A stretch of DNA of 64,000 nt, from the NCBI RefSeq assembly GCF_009914755.1, contig NC_060930.1; one strand, given 5' to 3'. Shown piece after piece: positions 57,131 to 64,000 of the stretch. The stretch's first letter is position 1, and each line of letters opens with the position of its first letter. The position numbers and the translations under genes are program-made. The stretch comes from the human T2T-CHM13v2.0 reference genome, Homo sapiens. The notes under the pieces are model-generated. The model had not been told where the DNA came from and did no database searches. It was given only the letters and a program-made list of their open reading frames with translations.

Positions 57131-58489
57131 CTCATACCCATCCTGGTACATAACCAAATATATCCACTGTAGCTCCATCAGCATTTCTAATGCTTGGGGA
57201 ACAAGCTCACTAAAACAGCTCTAAATTGATTAAATCAGGTTTATACTCAGTTTCTTTTTCTTTCTTTCTTTCATTAAAAAAAAATCCTGGATTGATCATA
57301 CACTAGTTACTGTACAAATCTTCAAGGAATGCCTCCTAATTATACTTCTACTTCTCTATGTTGCCTCCTGATATCAAATGATAATCTTCCCACATCTCAT
57401 CACATTTTTTGTTAAAAATGTAAAATCTGAAATTAAAAGTTACAAGATGTACCCTTGGTTTTAGAAGAGGAGAATTTTTTTTTTAGATGACTGTTCTGAT
57501 CCCATATGTGAGTTGCCACATTTAAATAGCAGCTACTCTTTGATTATATGTGGGGGGAACGGAAATCACATTTAATTGATATCTACACACAAGAAAAAAA
57601 AGTGACTTTAGTTTACAACTTCAAACTACTGAATTTACAACCAAGCTTTTATCTAAAGGCATTTGAAAGATAGCAAAATTAGCCACTAAGTTTAAGTACT
57701 TCCCTCCTCAGACTAACTGCCAAAATGAATCAAACGCATGGGATGGTGGGTGGGGAGGAGAACCTAGTAAAAAACAAACAAAAAAACCAACCAACCAACC
57801 AAAGAATAAAGCTGAAGTAAGGGTTTAATTAATTTTATAATCAATTTGGAAAGGTGAATAATGGACTTGTGAATGAAAGCTTCTCTCAAATAAGTGATTT
57901 GTAATTTTTAGAAAAATTGTTTGTTTTTAGACTAGGACTGTGAATGAAGTTTGAAATTCTTAATAATGTTGTTAACTCTTCACAAGCTCATACACCATTT
58001 TAAATACAATTTGGGGTATTTCCTGAACTCTCTTAAAGCCTGTTTAAGAGCCCTAGGTTAAGCAACTGTATACTTAATTAAAGCACCTAGAAAACTATCT
58101 AGAATGAAAATTTAAAAATGAAATATTTAAAAATAATATTGGACCCAATCTAAGAGTTTTTAGCTAAGCAATGTACCTCCGCTGTGATTTTTCAAGAAAT
58201 ATGTCATCTTCTAATTGCATAAACTACCAACTTTCACTTTTGAAATCCCCGTTTCTCTTATCCCATTATTCTTTAAAACAGAGCTTTAAAATAATTAGTA
58301 TTATCATAAAATTAAGCAGAGAAAAGGACTGTGAGAAATTACTTGAAATTTGAATGTAACTCTTGATCATTAGATTAGTAGAAATCTAAACCAGTCTAAA
58401 AAGTGAAACTGCTGCTATAAATTTCCAAATTCTACAACTATTCTCAATAGTTAATATATATAGAAGAAATAAATTTTATATTAGAGGAA

Positions 58490-58640
58490 GGAAATTTTTT
58501 ATTAGAAGAAGAAAATTTTCTTTATATCTGACTTAAATTCTGTGTACTTCAAATTAATTTTTTTTTCCTCATCACTGGAGGTGATACACAGCTGGTCAAC
58601 ATCTTCTATGTAATGCTGCTCATATTTTAATCAACTAAAA
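58490..58640 (-). mobile_element. Probable CR1/L3 fragment
   Basis: GAAAATTTTCTTTATATCTGACTTAAATTC...CATCTTCTATGTAATG resembles antisense L3. Confidence 0.4.
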
Positions 58641-59611
58641 TATGTAGATAATGGGTTGTTTTGATTGTGTATTTAGTCTTGATCAGCTTCTAAGAGATTT
58701 TGCTGTGATTTAAACTCCTTGAATTTCAGCTTACGAACCAGAGTTTCCCTGGAACAAGCAAAACATTTTAAAATAGCAATTACTCTCGTAATTGCAAATA
58801 GCTGAAAGTTCCTAGATTTTTGATGCTCTTATTCTAGGTTTGATTTTCAGTATGTTTTTTGATTGCCTCCCTCAAATTTCTTTGCATTTTCTTGTAGTTC
58901 TATATATATTTAAAGCCATGTTTATAGTTTTAAGCTCATCAGGAAAATAAAAAGGAAGTCAGTTGTTGGAAGGAATGGGAAGGAAGCAAAAGAAAAATTC
59001 TTTAATCTCTTAAGATGCCATTTCCCCTTCTAAAGAAATTTATTCAAACGAGAGCATTTTGGGGGTCACTTTATGTTTATTTTCAAATGATATATTCCTT
59101 GTGGAGTTAAAGGGGCTAAGCTTTTATCACCAAAAATAATCTTTTGTTTTTTCTTTCTCTCCACCCTACCCCTTTGCTCTTTAGAATGACTGGAAGAAGT
59201 GTTTCATGTTTTCATATTATCTCTGTTCCTAAGCCATTGATCCTATCAAGCATAATACATAATGCAAAATGTTCCTCAGTGAATAGCATTTCTTCAATAT
59301 CTTAGTAGGTTCTCAGGATGGCATATGCCCTATTCAGTGTGTTCCTCTCAGTCATTTTCTGTCTCTTAATCATAACTTTATAGATTGATTTCAGGCCCTT
59401 AACTACAATTCCCCTTTCTTGAGACAGTTTGTTTTTTAATTCAAGGAGACCTTAAAAATGACTTTATCAAGATATTAATTAAAAACAGGAACTCTCAGAA
59501 TCATTTTTATTTATATTCTTGTTATTTTAACATTTCATTCTCAGTTGTTGCAGCAGATGAAGCAAGATCAGTCTCACAAACAAACATGATAAACGTAATG
59601 CAACAATATTA

Positions 59612-59850
59612 GAAATCAATAGTGTGTGTTTTATTGTATCCTGTACCTAAAATATACAATAGGGCAACTTACATAAATCATTTATTCCCAGTCATGATTG
59701 ATAACCTCATAACTCACGAGTGACGGGGCAAAGCAGAGCCCCAAATGAGTTATGAAATGTCATCAATAACAAGTGGAAACAAATGATTTATCCAGTGTCA
59801 CAGCCCATTGTATGTTCAGTTTATGCAACAGCAGTTAATGATAAAAATAC
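59612..59850. mobile_element. Ancient palindromic element (Eulor/MER135-class candidate)
   Basis: Nested inverted arms around GGGGC-AAAGCAGA-GCCCC; see findings. Confidence 0.6.
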
Positions 59851-61029
59851 CCCAAATGGGTGCAGCTTGTATTTTATCCGTCCTATATGCATATACTTTT
59901 TCTATACTATTTTACACTAGGTTAGTGCTTATTGGCCATGAAGAAAATGATCAAGCTTCAAATAGGAATGTGGGTTGATGGAGAAGATATTGTCTTTATA
60001 TATGTAAATCCTTTTGGAATCTCTTTACACTTGTTTAGTCCCCTGCCCACCCCACCTTTTTTTCTTTCTTCAATATCTATTCCTTTTCTAGCAAAGAAAA
60101 CATAAAAAAAGAGTATCTATAGCTATGTAATTCACATTGTTTCTTTTTGGGTTGACATTCTAGGAGAGAGAAGAATTAGCATGATTTTTAAAGTTAAAGG
60201 ATGTTATTTGACTTTAACACTATTTTTTTCCCCCATGTGTTTTTTTCTGAGTGCAGCTTAGGACCAGGAGTTTTATATTCCCATATTCAAATGCAGTGAG
60301 AATTTGACTATTTTTATTTTGCAGTCTCATCCTGTTGACCTCATGTATATTTGGAAGTCCTGCATGTCTCATATAGAAATCTAATTTGCAACATTAAAAT
60401 ATAGTTATATTTTCATTGCAAATTTAGAAATATGTTTCAATGAGGTTAAAAATATTGGTGTTTGCTGGAAGCTTACATTTGAGGTTAATTTGATGAGGTT
60501 GACATTCCAGACTCAAAACTGATATTAACTTTTTTGGGGAAAATGTCATTTAAAGAAAATGTGAGGTTTGTTCTTTTGAACTGAAATAAAAGTCTGTCCC
60601 TTATGACACCCTCTTAAATATTTATAATATTGACTCATAAGGAACTCCAGAATCTTGTTAGATACCCCTAAATCAAGTGGATTTAAGAGACTATAATATG
60701 GGTATCATGCTGTGCTAGTTGTTATGCAAAATTAAGCAGATCTTGTACCTGAAATGAACAATTATACAAAAGGTAAAGGGATGATTAAAGAGTGAGTCTT
60801 AGTAGTTATAGAAAATAAATACAGTTTATAGGCATTGTATAAAAGCAAGTGTGTCAGGCTCTACTCCTTTTTGGTTTTCCTAGAGTATAGTTCTACAATG
60901 TGTCTGCCTGCTTCTTCAGATATCCATTGTCATCATAGTAGCTTAAGCAAATATCTTTTCTCTCTTAAACTATCTACTGTGAAGCTTCCAAATTTGATTT
61001 TTATTTTCTTTTATTTCCAGCAACATATT

Positions 61030-61642
61030 CTGCATATAGTAGCCCTGAGTGATCTTTTAAAAATGCAACATTCCCTACTACAGATCTTCAATGTCCATGC
61101 AGTACATTTAAGGTATATTTAAACCCCTCTAAGTTGAATTATGTATCTCTATAACCTAGTTTCTGTCTGGCTTCATCATGATCCATTTTCCCTTTTACTT
61201 TAGTACATGTCTTTATTTTTTTTTTTTTCTTCATTCTCCCAAAGGGACTGAGCTCCTTACTTCCTGGGATCTTCTCCTGTACTATTACCTCTGATTGGAG
61301 TTTGTCCTCTTTTGCCTGGCTGTGCACCGCACATCGTTCAGGTCTCTCCTAAAGTGAATTTCTAAGAGAAGTCTTCCCTCAGTTGTCATCTAAATCAGGT
61401 CCTGTTGTAAGCTGGGATTATGGGCGCCCGCCACCATGCCCAGCTAATTTTTATTCTACTTTTCCTTCACAATGTCTATCACAATTTCATTGCATATTCT
61501 TCTATGCGATTATTTGTTCAATACATGTCTCCCAATCTAGGCTTTAAGCTCCGTAAAGGAAGGAACATAGATCTTATTTATTCCTTTTCCCCAGTATCTA
61601 GTACCTGGTACCTAATAAACATTTAATAAGTATTTTTTGAAA
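61030..61642 (+). mobile_element. L2 3' region
   Basis: AGTGATCTTTTAAAAATGCAA...TAAGCTCCGTAAAGGAAGGAAC...CCCAGTATCTAGTACCTGG...TAATAAGTATTTTTTGAA. Confidence 0.75.
61410..61452 (-). mobile_element. 43-bp internal Alu fragment without tail
   Basis: AGCTGGGATTATGGGCGCCCGCCACCATGCCCAGCTAATTTTT. Confidence 0.85.
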
Positions 61643-62201
61643 AACAGGAGACATTAAGGTTTGAAAATGATACAATAGAGAAAGTTATTCACCTCCTTTG
61701 AATAATCCCTCATTTACTAATCACATGAAGACTGCAAAACCCAATGCCATGGAGATTTACTAAAGGATATGAGATATTGTTTTGTTTTTTAATCTTGGAA
61801 CACTGATACTACATATGAACACTTAAAACTAATTCAAGTATTTATTGAATAGTTATAGGAGGAGGGAAAGCATAGCTAACACTAGAAGTTTTCTTGATAT
61901 TGGTGAGTTTGAGCCTTAACTTAAAAATGTGAGGAAAATATTAACAATTAGGAATGGAATGGGCATGGTTTCCTATATTGGGTTATACATACAATCATAA
62001 GGGCATAAATTAGCAAGTTTTGATGTCTTACCCGAAGGTCTGCTATTCTGGAGTGGAATATTTCTTGATTTGAAAAATCTAAAATTAAAATGCAGGTTTA
62101 ATCTAAGCTGAGATGCTATAAAAATAGCAATGATAGTGATCACTTACGAGCAATTTACCTTGACACAATTGTCCAATACATTGGAATAAGAAGATGGTAT
62201 A

Positions 62202-62599
<398 letters not shown>

Positions 62600-64000
62600 C
62601 TATCAATAAGAGTATAGAAATCAGGGAGATTAATTCTTTGGTCTGTGAGTTAGACTTCACCTAGAGTTCTAATTTAGTCCTACTGCAAGATTACTAAATC
62701 ATAATCTATGTGAATGGGACCGAGAAATTTATGTTTAAAAAGCAAACTCCTAGACCAGCATTTGGGAAACACAGAACCAAAGCATATCCAAGAACAAATG
62801 GGATGGTAAAAGGGCATAAAATTATATCTTAGCAGGAAGGAGTTATAATTCTATTTTAGCATATAAATCTGGAAAAGACATTATAATTGTCATTCCATAT
62901 TTAAAATCTTGTCAGATAAAATAATATGACTTGATCACTGTCATTCAGAGGGTAAAATCTGGATCAATGGGTAGGAGATTCAGGTGTTATGATTTGGCAT
63001 CAGCATGAAATTTTACAAATTTTTGGTGTTGTTCGCAGAACGGGTCATATTGGTAATTTCCGAGATCTCTATTACTGGAGATATTTAACTAAAAAATAGG
63101 TAACCTCTAAGGGAAGAGCATGTGTCAGACTTCTACAACATTCTTTCTTCCCAAAGGGGGAAGTGGTTGAGTAGATATCAGAGTTTTCAATCATGCGAAT
63201 GACAGAATATATTTTTAAAAAAATTTTCTCTGTCTTGGCATGTATAATATAGTTAGAAACATGCATATCCTACCTATTTGGTCCTAGAAATTTCCGCCAT
63301 TAATTACTCTTCCATTTCAAGGGATCGAAGGTTGCCAATCAAATGAAGATATTTTGTGGGAAGATAATATCATAAGCCATTTTCAATTGCCACCTTCAAC
63401 AGAGATTGCTGAAGGAATATTATGAAGAAAAGCTAATTTGTGGAGGTGATAATGAGAATGGATGGATTTAGAATATGAGCTCTGTCAAGCCAGCATAGGG
63501 CTGCCAGAATGGTATCCCGGGTTTGTAGAGGGTGGGGAGTAGGATTAGGGCTCTGAGAACTTCAGAAAGGGCAATATCTTGCGCGACAGGGGAATGGAAA
63601 AATACTGAAAGCTAAATTCCTAGGAGTTATTATTTTATTTGGAGTTATTCCTGATCTTTTCTTCATCCATACTCAGTTATTATGGAACTATTTTTATTTC
63701 TATGTCTCTTACTCAGACCTCTCTTGTTGAATTCCTTTGAAATGATCCCCTAATTTCACAATAATTGGTGATGAAATTAGGTGATTTCCTTTTGTATTGG
63801 GTTGGGAGCTACTGGTGTCCACACAGGTAATAGGATATTTGTATATCAGGACCCAAATATGGGTTTTCCAGACTTTACCTATTAAGCCTGTGATATATTA
63901 TGAATGTTTGAGATTAGGTGGCTGTTCCTAGGATGTGGACATTTGAGTTAATTATATCTTTCCTGTGGTTGGGCAACTCTGTGTGATGACAGCCTACCAG

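Noticed and set aside
62940-63430. Possible exon or RT-like remnant (PRNFR) in unique sequence
   Set aside because: The candidate exon has stops in all three frames, and the similarity is too short to support.

Overview
Primate (human-like) AT-rich genomic DNA with no CpG island and no recognisable protein-coding gene, RNA gene or CRISPR array. It looks like the interior of a large intron or an intergenic region, and the locus cannot be named from sequence alone. More than half is transposable-element derived: 9 near full-length Alus, nested L1 clusters (about 6.6-13.8, 15.7-21.7 and 41.8-54.8 kb), MIR/L2/CR1 fossils, MaLR/ERVL LTRs and DNA-transposon MITEs (MER44, 2x Tigger4a, MER91A, MADE1). 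Most supplied ORFs are Alu, L1 or simple-repeat read-throughs, and the rest are short with no recognisable homology. I see no new multi-gene system. The most notable items are: a ~230-bp ancient imperfect palindrome at 59.6-59.85 kb resembling Eulor/MER135-class elements; a 41-bp TSD-flanked micro-retrocopy at 24.65 kb; three local inverted-template scars; a young 3x53-bp VNTR inside an old L1 5'UTR; CTCF-like motifs; and weak candidate + strand exons. Subfamily names come from recalled consensus sequences and need RepeatMasker/Dfam confirmation.
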